In this document: positions 39,442 to 48,811 of the stretch, piece by piece
Numbering within the stretch: the stretch's first letter is position 1
How the letters are laid out: the number at the start of each line of letters is the position of its first letter
From: an uncultured delta proteobacterium
GTDB lineage: Bacteria; Myxococcota_A; Polyangia; Palsa-1104
NCBI GenBank assembly: GCA_963785725.1
Contig: CAWAWS010000039.1
Span: 320,001 to 384,000 of the forward strand
DNA length: 64,000 bases
Direction of reading: 5' to 3'
The notes under the pieces: generated by a model
Told to the model about the DNA's origin: nothing
Databases searched by the model: none
The model's input: only the letters and a program-made list of their open reading frames with translations
Program-made: the position numbers and the translations under genes

Positions 39442-40440
39442 CTACTCCGACAGCGCCGCGTCGGCGGCGACAGCGTGCGCGTGGGTGCGCCGATTTCCGC
39501 GCGCGCCCAGCGGAATTCCCGGCGCTTCCGAGGCGCTGACCATGGCGGTGTCGCCGATCGTCATACGCAGCGGCCACAGCGCGATGAGCGGCTCGGGATC
39601 GATATATTGCTCGGGCAACAGCGCCGACGGCTTGACCGACACCGCGAAGTGCAAGTGCGGGCGCGAATGTTTGACGCCGCTGTCACCGAGCAGGCCGATG
39701 ACCTCGCCCATTTTGACGTGCACGCCCGGCTGAATCCAACGCGGGATAGCCGCCAAGTGGAAGTATTTGGTGAAGATCGTGCCGCCGCGATGGGCGATGC
39801 TGACGTAGGCGCCGCCGTGATCGTCGTTGGGGCCGCGCTGCACGCGTTCGACGACGCCGTCGTGGGCGGCGTGGATCGGCTCGCCCCACACCTCGCCGCC
39901 GAGGTCGACGCCGCAGTGGCCGCCGCGGCATTCGCCGGGACGATCGCCCGGTCGCTCGGCGCCGAAGACGCGCGCGTCGCGAATCGGCATCCGGCGAACG
40001 GGGCCGTCGAGCGGATGAATCCAGGCGTCGGTGGCGATCTCGCGCGCCCAGTCGACTTCGGACGGCGGCCACGTCGGTCCGAACGGCGGCGCGGCGGGAA
40101 CCCTCGGCGTCGCGATGGCGGCGCCGGTCGTCGTCGTCGCGGCGTTGGCAGTCGCGGTGTGCGGCGCGGGCAGGCCGCTCGTGAACAGCAGCAGCGGCAG
40201 CGCCGCCGTCACGCGCGCGATGTGCGACAACGGCGACTGCTTCGGCGGCGGCGCCACGTCGACGACGATCGGCGTCGCCGGCGCGCTGGCGCAGTCGCGC
40301 GAGCAATAGACGCGCACCGTCGATCCGTCGATCTGCAGATCGCGGCCGCGCACATCGACGCGACCACCGCAGCGCGCGCACAATCCGAGCGACCAAGCGC
40401 GTTCGGGCGAGCTAGCGAAGCTGTCGATCAATTCGGCCAT
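39442..40440 (-). CDS. M23 peptidase with N-terminal CxxC...YCSxxC module
   Basis: HCGVD, AAHDGVV, YFHL, HLHF; CARC-x21-CSRDC. Confidence 0.8.
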   Translation of the reverse strand: MAELIDSFASSPERAWSLGLCARCGGRVDVRGRDLQIDGSTVRVYCSRDCASAPATPIVVDVAPPPKQSPLSHIARVTAALPLLLFTSGLPAPHTATANAATTTTGAAIATPRVPAAPPFGPTWPPSEVDWAREIATDAWIHPLDGPVRRMPIRDARVFGAERPGDRPGECRGGHCGVDLGGEVWGEPIHAAHDGVVERVQRGPNDDHGGAYVSIAHRGGTIFTKYFHLAAIPRWIQPGVHVKMGEVIGLLGDSGVKHSRPHLHFAVSVKPSALLPEQYIDPEPLIALWPLRMTIGDTAMVSASEAPGIPLGARGNRRTHAHAVAADAALSE

Positions 40441-40548
40441 GTGCGTCAAACAATCCATAAGCGGCGATCGATTGCCGAGCAAGCGCGCAAAATCAATACG
40501 CCCGACGGAGATGAGCGTTTCTGGGCAGATGGGCTACAACTTCCGGCG

Positions 40549-41451
40549 ATGCGCGTCTTCGTGACCGATGCGGCGCCGGTGCCCGCGCTGCCGAACGGCC
40601 ATCGCTTTCCCAGCCGTAAGTACGATCTGTTGCGGCAGCGCATCGTCAGCGACGGTGTCCTGCGGCAGTCGGAGCTGATCGAGGCCGAGCCGGCGTCGCG
40701 CCGCGAGCTTCTGCGCGCGCACACGGCCGAGTACGTCGACGCGATCTTGGACGGCAGCATCGACGACAAGCGCATGCGCCGCATCGGGCTACCGTGGTCG
40801 CCGGAGCTGGTGGCGCGGGCGCGGGCGTCGGTGGGCGCGCAGTTGGCGGCGGCGCAGGCGGCGCTCGTCGACGGCGTGTCGGGCGCGCTGTCGGGCGGGA
40901 CGCATCACGCGCGCGCGGACGAAGGCGCCGGCTACTGCGTGTTCAACGACATCGCGGTCGCGGCGCGGGCGCTGCTCGATGAAGGCGCGGTGGCGCGCGT
41001 CGCGGTCGTCGATCTCGACGTGCACCAAGGCGACGGTACGGCCGCGATCTTGGGCGGCGAGCCGCGCGCCTATCTATTGAGCATGCACGGCGCCAACAAC
41101 TTCCCGTTTCGCAAGGTGCCGTCGACGGTCGACGTCGAGCTGCCCGACGGCACCGGCGACGCCGACTATTTGGCGGCGCTGGCCGCGGCTTTGCCGCCGC
41201 TGTTCGCGTTCGCGCCCGACCTCGTGTTCTATCAGGCGGGCGTCGATCCGCTGGCCGAGGACAAGCTCGGGCGGCTGGCGTTGACGCTCGACGGGTTGAT
41301 GGCGCGCGATCGGCTCGTGCTCGACGGCTGCCGCGCGCGGCGGATTCCGGTGACGCTGTCGCTCGGCGGCGGATATGCGCAGCCGATCGAGCGCAGCGTG
41401 GACGCGTACGTCAACACGTGGCGCGTCGTCCGCAGCGTCTACGCGCGCTAG
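40549..41451 (+). CDS. Histone deacetylase family amidohydrolase
   Basis: HRFP, GGTHHA, GYCVFND, DLDVHQGDG, AGVD, GGGY. Confidence 0.92.
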   Translation: MRVFVTDAAPVPALPNGHRFPSRKYDLLRQRIVSDGVLRQSELIEAEPASRRELLRAHTAEYVDAILDGSIDDKRMRRIGLPWSPELVARARASVGAQLAAAQAALVDGVSGALSGGTHHARADEGAGYCVFNDIAVAARALLDEGAVARVAVVDLDVHQGDGTAAILGGEPRAYLLSMHGANNFPFRKVPSTVDVELPDGTGDADYLAALAAALPPLFAFAPDLVFYQAGVDPLAEDKLGRLALTLDGLMARDRLVLDGCRARRIPVTLSLGGGYAQPIERSVDAYVNTWRVVRSVYAR

Positions 41452-41670
41452 CGTTCGAGGCGGGCGGCGTTCGCGCGGTGCGACGGCCCGGTCCAGCGAG
41501 GAATCGGCCGCGCGCCGTCGCCCCGTCGGGCCGGCCATCGGCGGATCCGGCACCGCGATCGCATAGTTTATCGCGGGCTTGGTCTCGCAGCGCCGACGTT
41601 CGCCCCCAAACAGCGGTTGCTGGACGTGACGCCGCGTTTGCGCCGGCCGCTCGGTCGGGGCCGCGCCGGA

Positions 41671-42738
41671 TTACGCCGAGCCGCGGCGCGCGGGCAACAG
41701 GCGGCCGCGCTCGACGCGCTCGTGCACCGCGCGATGGAGCACGATGTTGCGCCCCGCCGCGCGCCCGGCGTCGTGCGCGTGATTGCGTTCGACGCCCGCA
41801 TGCCGCGTCCAGCGGATGTGCGGATGGCGCCGCCGCCAATATTTCCCGAGGTCGCCGTCGCCCACCCAGACGAGCCCGGCCGCCGCTTGCTGCTTCTGCT
41901 GCGTCTCCAGCTTCTCGCGGAAGCCGGCCATCACGCCGGCGACATAGGCGCGTCGATCGCGATTGCCGATGCGATGGGCGCGCCGCCACTGCGTCCACAG
42001 CCGCTCCGCCGTATGCGTCAGGAACGCGTGCGTGTGCGCCGCGATCTCCAGATTGACCGCCGAGCCGCACACTTCGAGCACGCTGCCGCGCTTGCCTTCG
42101 CGCGCCCGCCACACGGGAACCCAGATGGTCTCGACGAAGAAGTGATCGTTCAAGATGTTCGCCAGCACGCGCTCGGCCTCGCTCACGCGACCGGTCGGCA
42201 CGCCCAAGTGGCGGAAGGCGTAGGCCGCGCGCGCGGTCGCCTCCAGGTTGTGCTTGAGCATGAGGCGCTGCGCTTCGGCCATCGCCGACTCGGCTTCGTG
42301 CACGTTCGGGCTCTCGGCCAACGCCAGCAGCTTGCCGACGCGACCGAGCACGCGCTCCTCCTCGGGTGACTTGGCGACGTTGGGCACGCCGGCGGCGCTG
42401 GCGTCGATGCCGTGCCGCTCGCACACCGCGCGAAACGCCGGTCCGTGCGGGCTCTCGTCGGGATCGCCGAGCGCCTCGGTCACGAACTGATGCGCCAGCT
42501 CGTGCTTCAGGACTTCGACCACCGCGCCCCATTCGCCGTCGACGACGAAGGCGCGCGACAGCTCGATGCGCCGTTCGCGCGCCAGCCACTGGCCGAGCTT
42601 GGTGGCACCGTCGGCCAGCGCCAGCGTCGGCGGCTTCAGTCGACCCTTGAAGTAGGAGTCGTTGAGACCGCGCCAAGTCGCGTGCAGCTGCCGCACGAGA
42701 GCCGCCTCCAATTGCGTCGGGAGCGCGCCGTCACGCAT
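41671..42738 (-). CDS. SprT-like metalloprotease domain + DUF2786 protein
   Basis: VLKHELAHQ, HGPAF; KLLALAESPNVHEA...AQRLM. Confidence 0.8.
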   Translation of the reverse strand: MRDGALPTQLEAALVRQLHATWRGLNDSYFKGRLKPPTLALADGATKLGQWLARERRIELSRAFVVDGEWGAVVEVLKHELAHQFVTEALGDPDESPHGPAFRAVCERHGIDASAAGVPNVAKSPEEERVLGRVGKLLALAESPNVHEAESAMAEAQRLMLKHNLEATARAAYAFRHLGVPTGRVSEAERVLANILNDHFFVETIWVPVWRAREGKRGSVLEVCGSAVNLEIAAHTHAFLTHTAERLWTQWRRAHRIGNRDRRAYVAGVMAGFREKLETQQKQQAAAGLVWVGDGDLGKYWRRRHPHIRWTRHAGVERNHAHDAGRAAGRNIVLHRAVHERVERGRLLPARRGSA

Positions 42739-42755
42739 TTGCTCAATCTACGATT

Positions 42756-42771
42756 CGGCAGCGATTTTGCA
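42756..42771 (+). promoter_or_regulatory. Candidate sigma54 promoter
   Basis: CGGCAG-CGATT-TTGCA, GG-N10-GC, followed by GGAGG RBS and ATG 42796. Confidence 0.5.
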
Positions 42772-42795
42772 ATTTCAAACGTGACGGAGGTGCAC

Positions 42796-43311
42796 ATGCC
42801 GGAGAAGCGAACCTTGCGGCGCGCAAAGGCGGACAAACGCGCCGGAAAATCGGCGAGCACGCAAGCGGGCGAGTTCGTGCGCGAGGAAATGGATCACATT
42901 CGTCATGGCAAACATGGTGCGAAGAGCGCGAAGCAGGCGATCGCGATCGGGCTGTCGAAAGCGCGGCGCGCGGGCGTGAAGCTCAAAGCGCCGGGCAAAG
43001 GGCAGTCGGCGGCGACGAAGAAGAAGGCGACGCAAGACGCGGCGGCCAGCCGGCGGCCGCGGCGACCGCCGTCACGCAAGCGCTCGCGCGCGACGGAGCG
43101 GGCACTCGAGCGGCAGCCGCGCGCGGCGGCGTCGCGGCGCGCGCTGTCGCGACAGGCGAAGCGGGCGGCGCGGCGGCGGACGGCGGCCGATCGCAGCCGC
43201 GCCGCGCGCCAAGCCGCGCGCACGCGCAAGCGCGAGGCCGCGCCCCCGAAGGCGCGCAAGCACACGATCGCGCACAAAGGCACGCGCGCCCGTAAACGCC
43301 AGTCGCGCTAG
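42796..43311 (+). CDS. Highly basic histone-like DNA-binding protein (DUF6496-like)
   Basis: STQAGEFVREE, SAKQAIAIGLSKARRAG; Arg/Lys/Ala-rich tail; GGAGG RBS. Confidence 0.8.
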   Translation: MPEKRTLRRAKADKRAGKSASTQAGEFVREEMDHIRHGKHGAKSAKQAIAIGLSKARRAGVKLKAPGKGQSAATKKKATQDAAASRRPRRPPSRKRSRATERALERQPRAAASRRALSRQAKRAARRRTAADRSRAARQAARTRKREAAPPKARKHTIAHKGTRARKRQSR

Positions 43312-43329
43312 CCAACCCACTAAGTAAAC

Positions 43330-43446
43330 ACGCGTTTACAAGCGTCGCGACCGGCGGCGCCGGCGCTGACGCGTCTATGAGCGTCGCGACCGGCGGCGCC
43401 GGCGCTGACGCGTCTATGAGCGTCGCTGCCCGGCGGCGCAGGCGCT
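43330..43446. repeat. Three tandem 39-bp repeats between convergent genes
   Basis: Unit ACGCGTCTATGAGCGTCGCGACCGGCGGCGCCGGCGCTG starting at 43330, 43369 and 43408. Confidence 0.85.
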
Positions 43447-45259
43447 ACTTTTGCCGCGCGAACGCTTGAATCTCGGCCCAGAAGCCGCCCATGTCGACCC
43501 GCTGCCGCAGCGTCGGGCGCAGGCCGAGCTCGGCGGCGTAAGCGACCGTCTCGTCGCCACGCGGCGAGATCCAGACGATGCGACCGCGCGGCGCCAGCAC
43601 CGTCACGGCGTGCGTCAGGAATTCGCGATAGAGCGCGCCCGTCGTGTGGCGATCGAGCACGCGCCGGCCGAGCGGCGGATTGGTGACGATGAGCGTCGGC
43701 GGCAGCGGCGGGCGGAAGCTGCGCGCATCGGCCAGCGTCAGCTCGGCGGCGACGCCGGCCGCGGCCAGGTTCTCGCGCGCCCGCGCCAGCGCCGCCTCGT
43801 CGGCGTCGGTGCCGTAGAGCGCGCGCGACGGGCCCAGCAGCGAGCGTTCGACGAGCTCGGTGGCGGCGCCGACGAACGGATCCCACACCACGTCATCAGC
43901 GCGCGCGCCGCCGACGCGCGCCAACGCCGCCGCCAACGTCGGATGCGACGACGCCGGCACATAGGCGCGACGATAGGCGAAGCGCGGATCGGTCAGGCCA
44001 CGCGGCCAAATCTCGACGGCGACGCGCGGCTTCTCGACGACCACCGCCTCCCACAAGCTCGCCGTCGGATCGTTGACCAGCTGCGGCCGCTTGGCCGCCA
44101 CCGCCGCGGCCACGCGAAAGGTCAGCGCGCGGCGATGCCCGGCGTCGGCCCACTCGACGCGATAACGCACCGGCCCGTCGGTAAAACGCGCGAAAATCGC
44201 CTGCGCCTCCTTCGAAGTCAGCGCGCTCACGACGGCATTGCCGAGCGTCTCGTCTTCGAGCTTGGCGCCTTTGGCCACGGGCGGCGTCGGCAGCGGGAAG
44301 CCGAAGCGCAGCATCGTGCGCGCCGTCCACAGCGCCGTCAGCTTGGCCTTCAGCGTCAGCGTGACGGTGGAGTCGTCGGCGACGCGCGCGCCCAGCGCCG
44401 CCAGCTCCTCGGCGCACATGCGCGCCAAGCCGTGGCGGCAGTGGACGCGCACGGCCGTCGGCGTCGTCGGCGCGCGGTCGGCCAAGATGGTGCCGGGCGA
44501 CAGCCGCTCGCGCGTGCGCCGCAGCTTCAGGCGCGCCTCGTCGACGACGCGGCGCAGCTCGGGCTCGGCCGAGTCGGCGATGGCGCCGTCGAGCAGCGTC
44601 AACGCCGCCGCGCCGCCGACTTTGCCGAGCGCCTCGGCCAGCGCCCGTCGCAGCGACGGCGGCGCCGATGCCCAGCGCGCCAGCAGCACGGCCTCCGCGC
44701 GCGCCGCAAACGACCGCGCTGCCGCGTCTTCCGATGGCACGGCCGCCGCATTCGCATCCACAGACTCGGCGACCGCGGGCTCGACGGCTTCATCAGCTGC
44801 GGAGGCGGCCGCTGAATTCGCGACAGCTTCTCGATCGTTGGCCTTGCCTTTCGCGGCCTTGGCGGGCGCCAACTCGAGCGCGCTGAGCTTGCCGAGCGCG
44901 AGCGCGGCGTGGCGCGCCGTCTTCTCGTCGCCGTCGCCGACGCGCGCCAAGAGCAGCTCCACCAGCTGCGCGTCGCGCGTCTTGTGCGCCAGGCGGCCGA
45001 GCAGCCGCACCAGCCGCGAGCGCGCGTGCGCCGTCGCCGAAGGCGCCGTCAGCCGCGCCATCGCCGCCGCCGTCGCCGCGCGCCCGAGCCGCGCCAACGC
45101 CCGCGACGCCGCCTCCGCCTGCTCGCGCTCACCGTCGACGACCAGCGCCAACAAGGGCTCGATCTCGTGTCGCGCCGGCTGATAACCCTTACCGCCCAGC
45201 GCTCGCAAGAGCTCGGCTACGGAGTGCGAAGCTTCGTCGTCGTGGCGGTCGCGCGTCAT
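43445..45259 (-). CDS. HEAT-repeat protein fused to an RlmL/Trm14-like RNA methyltransferase domain
   Basis: N-terminal AALALGK / LAEALGKVG repeats; VWDPFVG, GTD, TNPPLG. Confidence 0.75.
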   Translation of the reverse strand: MTRDRHDDEASHSVAELLRALGGKGYQPARHEIEPLLALVVDGEREQAEAASRALARLGRAATAAAMARLTAPSATAHARSRLVRLLGRLAHKTRDAQLVELLLARVGDGDEKTARHAALALGKLSALELAPAKAAKGKANDREAVANSAAASAADEAVEPAVAESVDANAAAVPSEDAAARSFAARAEAVLLARWASAPPSLRRALAEALGKVGGAAALTLLDGAIADSAEPELRRVVDEARLKLRRTRERLSPGTILADRAPTTPTAVRVHCRHGLARMCAEELAALGARVADDSTVTLTLKAKLTALWTARTMLRFGFPLPTPPVAKGAKLEDETLGNAVVSALTSKEAQAIFARFTDGPVRYRVEWADAGHRRALTFRVAAAVAAKRPQLVNDPTASLWEAVVVEKPRVAVEIWPRGLTDPRFAYRRAYVPASSHPTLAAALARVGGARADDVVWDPFVGAATELVERSLLGPSRALYGTDADEAALARARENLAAAGVAAELTLADARSFRPPLPPTLIVTNPPLGRRVLDRHTTGALYREFLTHAVTVLAPRGRIVWISPRGDETVAYAAELGLRPTLRQRVDMGGFWAEIQAFARQK

Positions 45260-45299
45260 CGTCTGGTCGCGTATCTTAGTCGCGAATGGTCTCTCGCCA

Positions 45300-46064
45300 A
45301 TGATGTGGATTGCGCTCGCGCTCGCCGCCGCGCTCGGCGGCGCCGTCAACGCGCTGGCCGGCGGCGGCACGCTCATTACGTTCCCGTCGCTGCTGGCGTT
45401 CGGCATCGCGCCCGTCAACGCCAACGCCACGTCGACCGTCGCGCTCGTGCCGGCTTCGTTTTCGGCCTATTGGGGCTTCCGCGGCGCGGTCGCCGGCAAT
45501 CGCCGCGAGCTCGTCGTCATGGCGCTGCCCAGCCTCGCCGGCGGCTTCTTCGGCGCCTGGCTGGCGATGCGCATCGGCAACAAGCTGTTCGGCCAGATCG
45601 TGCCCTTCCTCATTTATGGCGCGACGGTGCTGTTTCTCGTGCAAGCGCCCATCAAACGCTGGGTCGATCGGCAGCTCGGCCAAGGTAACGCCGCCGCCGG
45701 TCGCCGCCGCGTCCTGCAAGTCCTCACGCAGCTGGCCATCGCGATCTACGGCGGCTTCTTCGGCGCCGCCATGGGCATCCTCATGTTGGCGCTGCTCGGC
45801 GTCGTCAGCTCCGGCAGCTTGGCGCGCATGAACGGCCTCAAGAACTTCGCCGCCGTCTGCATCAACGGCGTCGCCGCCATCACCTTCGGCCTATCGGGCC
45901 AGGTCCATTGGGGCTTGGCCGGCTGCATGGTGGCCGGCTCGATCGTCGGCGGCTACGTCGCGGCGCGGCTGTCGCAGCGCATCGACGCCCGCTGGGTGCG
46001 CGGTCTCGTCATCGTCGTCGGCTTCGGCATGGGCACGTACACGTTGTGGAAGGCGCTCGCCTGA
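45300..46064 (+). CDS. TauE/SafE (TSUP) family membrane protein
   Basis: NALAGGGTLITFP, ANATS, YGGFFGAAMG, NGLKN. Confidence 0.9.
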   Translation: MMWIALALAAALGGAVNALAGGGTLITFPSLLAFGIAPVNANATSTVALVPASFSAYWGFRGAVAGNRRELVVMALPSLAGGFFGAWLAMRIGNKLFGQIVPFLIYGATVLFLVQAPIKRWVDRQLGQGNAAAGRRRVLQVLTQLAIAIYGGFFGAAMGILMLALLGVVSSGSLARMNGLKNFAAVCINGVAAITFGLSGQVHWGLAGCMVAGSIVGGYVAARLSQRIDARWVRGLVIVVGFGMGTYTLWKALA

Positions 46065-46065
46065 C

Positions 46066-46719
46066 TCAGGGCAGTATGTCGAGCCCGGCCAGCGGATCGT
46101 CCGTATCGACACCGATCCTCGGATTCGGTTGGCGCGGCGTCGGCGCTTTGATGTGCCGCGTGCGACTGCGCGGTAGGTGCGATCGCGCGTCCGCCGTCGT
46201 CTCGACCGGCGGCGGCGGAATCACGCGCGGCGGCGGCGGCGTGATCGCCTGCGCTGGCAGCTCGGGCGTGGCCACGATCGTCTGATTCGGCGGCACGACG
46301 GGCGGCGTAACCGCGTGCGGCCGTAGCAGGATGAAGACGAGCGCGACCCCGAGCGCCGCTGTCATGAGCGGCCACGCCGCGTGCGTCGAGCCGTCCGGCG
46401 CCGGCATGTTCACTGCGAATACCGGCGGCGCCGTGCGCGTGGCCGCGAGCTCCTCGTCGGCTTCGCGCAGCCGCGCCTCGAGCTGCGCGTTGCGCGCGAC
46501 TTGCGCCGCCAGCTCGACGCGCTCGCGCGCCTGCTCGGCGGCGAGGCGCGCCGCGGCTTCGGCGCGTCGTGCCTGCTCCTCCGCGCGCCGCTGCGCGGCT
46601 TGCCGTTCGAGCGCGGCCTGTCGCTGCCGCGCCTCCTCGGCCGCTTCTTGGGCCACGCGCTCCGCCTCCATCGAACGCAAGTCATGCAGCGCGAAGAGCA
46701 CACTATTTTCCTGTCGCAT
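46066..46719 (-). CDS. Coiled-coil single-pass membrane protein with Pro-rich C-terminus
   Basis: MRQENSVLFALHDLRSME, E/R/A coiled coil, TM, Pro-rich tail ending DDPLAGLDILP. Confidence 0.7.
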   Translation of the reverse strand: MRQENSVLFALHDLRSMEAERVAQEAAEEARQRQAALERQAAQRRAEEQARRAEAAARLAAEQARERVELAAQVARNAQLEARLREADEELAATRTAPPVFAVNMPAPDGSTHAAWPLMTAALGVALVFILLRPHAVTPPVVPPNQTIVATPELPAQAITPPPPRVIPPPPVETTADARSHLPRSRTRHIKAPTPRQPNPRIGVDTDDPLAGLDILP

Positions 46720-46733
46720 ACACAGCTGACATC

Positions 46734-46748
46734 GCAAGCGACGCGCCA
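46734..46748 (-). promoter_or_regulatory. sigma54 promoter of the 46066-46719 gene
   Basis: Minus strand TGGCGC-GTCGC-TTGC, canonical GG-N10-GC, about 14 nt before ATG. Confidence 0.65.
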
Positions 46749-46819
46749 GCCGCAAGTGCCGGCGAACATTCGACAGCCCCGACCGCGATGCTACGAATCG
46801 TAGAGTTGGATCTACGAAA

Positions 46820-48476
46820 TCAAGCTTTGCGGGCGCGTAGGCCGAGCTGGTTGAAGCGCAGGCGGACCTTGCGCGCCGCCGTCGCGCTGGCCGAGCCGAG
46901 GAGGCGGCGCGCCATGGCCGTGAAGTCGCCGTCGCACGTGGTGAACAGCTGTTGGTAGAGCTGGCGTTCGAGCTCGCGGGCGACTTGGTGCAGCGTCGCG
47001 CGCGGGCGAAAGCCGAGGGTGACGCTCGGCGCCGGCGCCATTCGACGACGATGACGATGACAACAGGCGACGCACGAGCTGCGCGGAGATGGGCACGAGG
47101 CGCGGCGCCGCGGACGTGGCGCCGGCACCGCGCTCGGCGGCGGCGAGCGCGTCGGACAGCGCCAGCAAGGCCGCGGTGCCGACGAGGAGGCCGAGCTCGC
47201 GCACGTTGCCGGGCCACGGGTGCGCGCGCAACGCCGCCAGCGATGCGGCGGCGAACACGAACGTCACGTGCGCCGGCGCGCTCGGTGCGCGGCCGAAGGC
47301 GACGTCGACGCGTGGCGCGCCGTCGAGGCCGGCGGCGCGCGCGTAGTCGACGAGCAGCTGGCGATCGGCGCCGGCGGCGAACGTCCGCTGCACGAACGCG
47401 GCGACGAGCGCCGGCACGTCGGTGGCGCGCTCGCGCAGCGGCGGTAACGTCAAGCGCGCCGCGGGATTCAGCCGCGCGTACAGATCGGCGCGAAAGCTGC
47501 CCGCGGCCACGAGCGCCGGCAGGTCGGCGTTGGTGGCGGCGATGAGCTTGACGTCGACCGGGCGCGCCCGCGCTTCGCCGAGCCGGGTGACGCGACCGCT
47601 CTCGACGGCCGTCAGCAGCATGCGTTGGCCTTCGAGCGGCAGGTTGGCGATCTCGTCGAGCAGCAGCGTGCCGCGATGGGCGCTCTCGAGCATGCCGGCG
47701 CGATCGACGGCGCCCGAGAATGCGCCGCGCGCGCTGCCGAACAGCTCGGCGGCGACGAGCGTCGGCGGCAGCGCGGCCAGATCGACGGCCACGAAGGCGC
47801 CGCCGCGACCGCTGGCCGGATGGATGACGCGTTCGGCGAGCGCGCTCTTGCCGGTGCCGGTCTCGCCGAGCAAGAGCAGCGGCAGCGACGTGCGCGCCAA
47901 CGCCGTCGCGTCGCGGCGCAGCTGCGCCATCGCCGTCGAGCCGCCCCACAAGTAGCCGCCGGCCGCGGGCGCGTCGCGACGGGCGCCGAGCACGCGCTCG
48001 ACGAGCAGGCCGATGGCGCGCGCGTCGAAGGCGTCGGCGCCGGCCAGCGTCACCAGCTCGTCGCCGTCGGCGGCTTGCGCGGCGTCTTCGAGCGCCAGCT
48101 CCTCGCGCGAGGTCATGAGCACGACCGGCAGATCGGCGCGGCGACGGCGCAGCGCGGTCAAGATGTCGAGCCCTTGCAAGCGGCGGCGGCGCTCGAGGTC
48201 GGGCTCGCCCGTCGCTGACGGCGCCAGTCGCGACTCGGGTAACTCGAAGGCGACATCGAGCAGCACGACGTCGACGTCGGCGTGGCGACCGAGCGCCGCT
48301 TCCGCTTCTTGCAGGTCGTGCGCGTGCGTCAACGTGCAGCCCTTCTTGCGCACGCAGCTCCAGCACGGGCCGGGCAGCTCGCACAGCGTCGCGTAGTCGT
48401 AGTCGCGCAAGAACTCGTGCGCCAGCTCGGCGTAGCGTTGGCCGTCGTCGACGAGCAGCAGCTTCGGTCGCTTCAC
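46820..48476 (-). CDS. sigma54-dependent enhancer-binding response regulator; frameshift near 47042
   Basis: LLVDD receiver; GETGTGKS, ELFG..RGAFSGA, LLDEI, FRADLYARL, WPGNVREL; HTH-like tail (LERQLY...TAMARRL) in the adjacent frame. Confidence 0.88.
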
Positions 48477-48811
48477 GTGGCCTCCAAGAGCGCGCGCAGG
48501 CGGCGCTCGACGAGCAGCGCCAGCGCCGCGGCGCGCGCGACGGCCGCCGGCTCACCGGCGCGCACAGCCGCTTCCAGCGTGTCGGCCTCGGCCAAGAGCG
48601 CGCGGGCGTCGCTGAGCGGCGGCTCGTCGGCGGCGTCGGCGGCCAGCTCGGCGAGCACGCTCGAGGCGCGCCGGCCCGGTCGCAGCTCGAACAGGTCTTG
48701 CGCCAGCATCGCCACCATCTCCGCCGTCGGACGCGCGGGCAGATTGCGCGCCGTGCGGGCGACATATTTGCCGACGTCGTGCACGAGCTGAAGGCGCTGC
48801 CGCTTCGTCAT
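48473..48811 (-). CDS. Small helical protein with H-box-like motif HDVGKY
   Basis: 112 aa; 4-bp overlaps with both neighbours. Confidence 0.65.
   Translation of the reverse strand: MTKRQRLQLVHDVGKYVARTARNLPARPTAEMVAMLAQDLFELRPGRRASSVLAELAADAADEPPLSDARALLAEADTLEAAVRAGEPAAVARAAALALLVERRLRALLEAT

Noticed and set aside
43330..43446. CRISPR array
   Set aside because: Repeats are contiguous with no unique spacers and no cas genes
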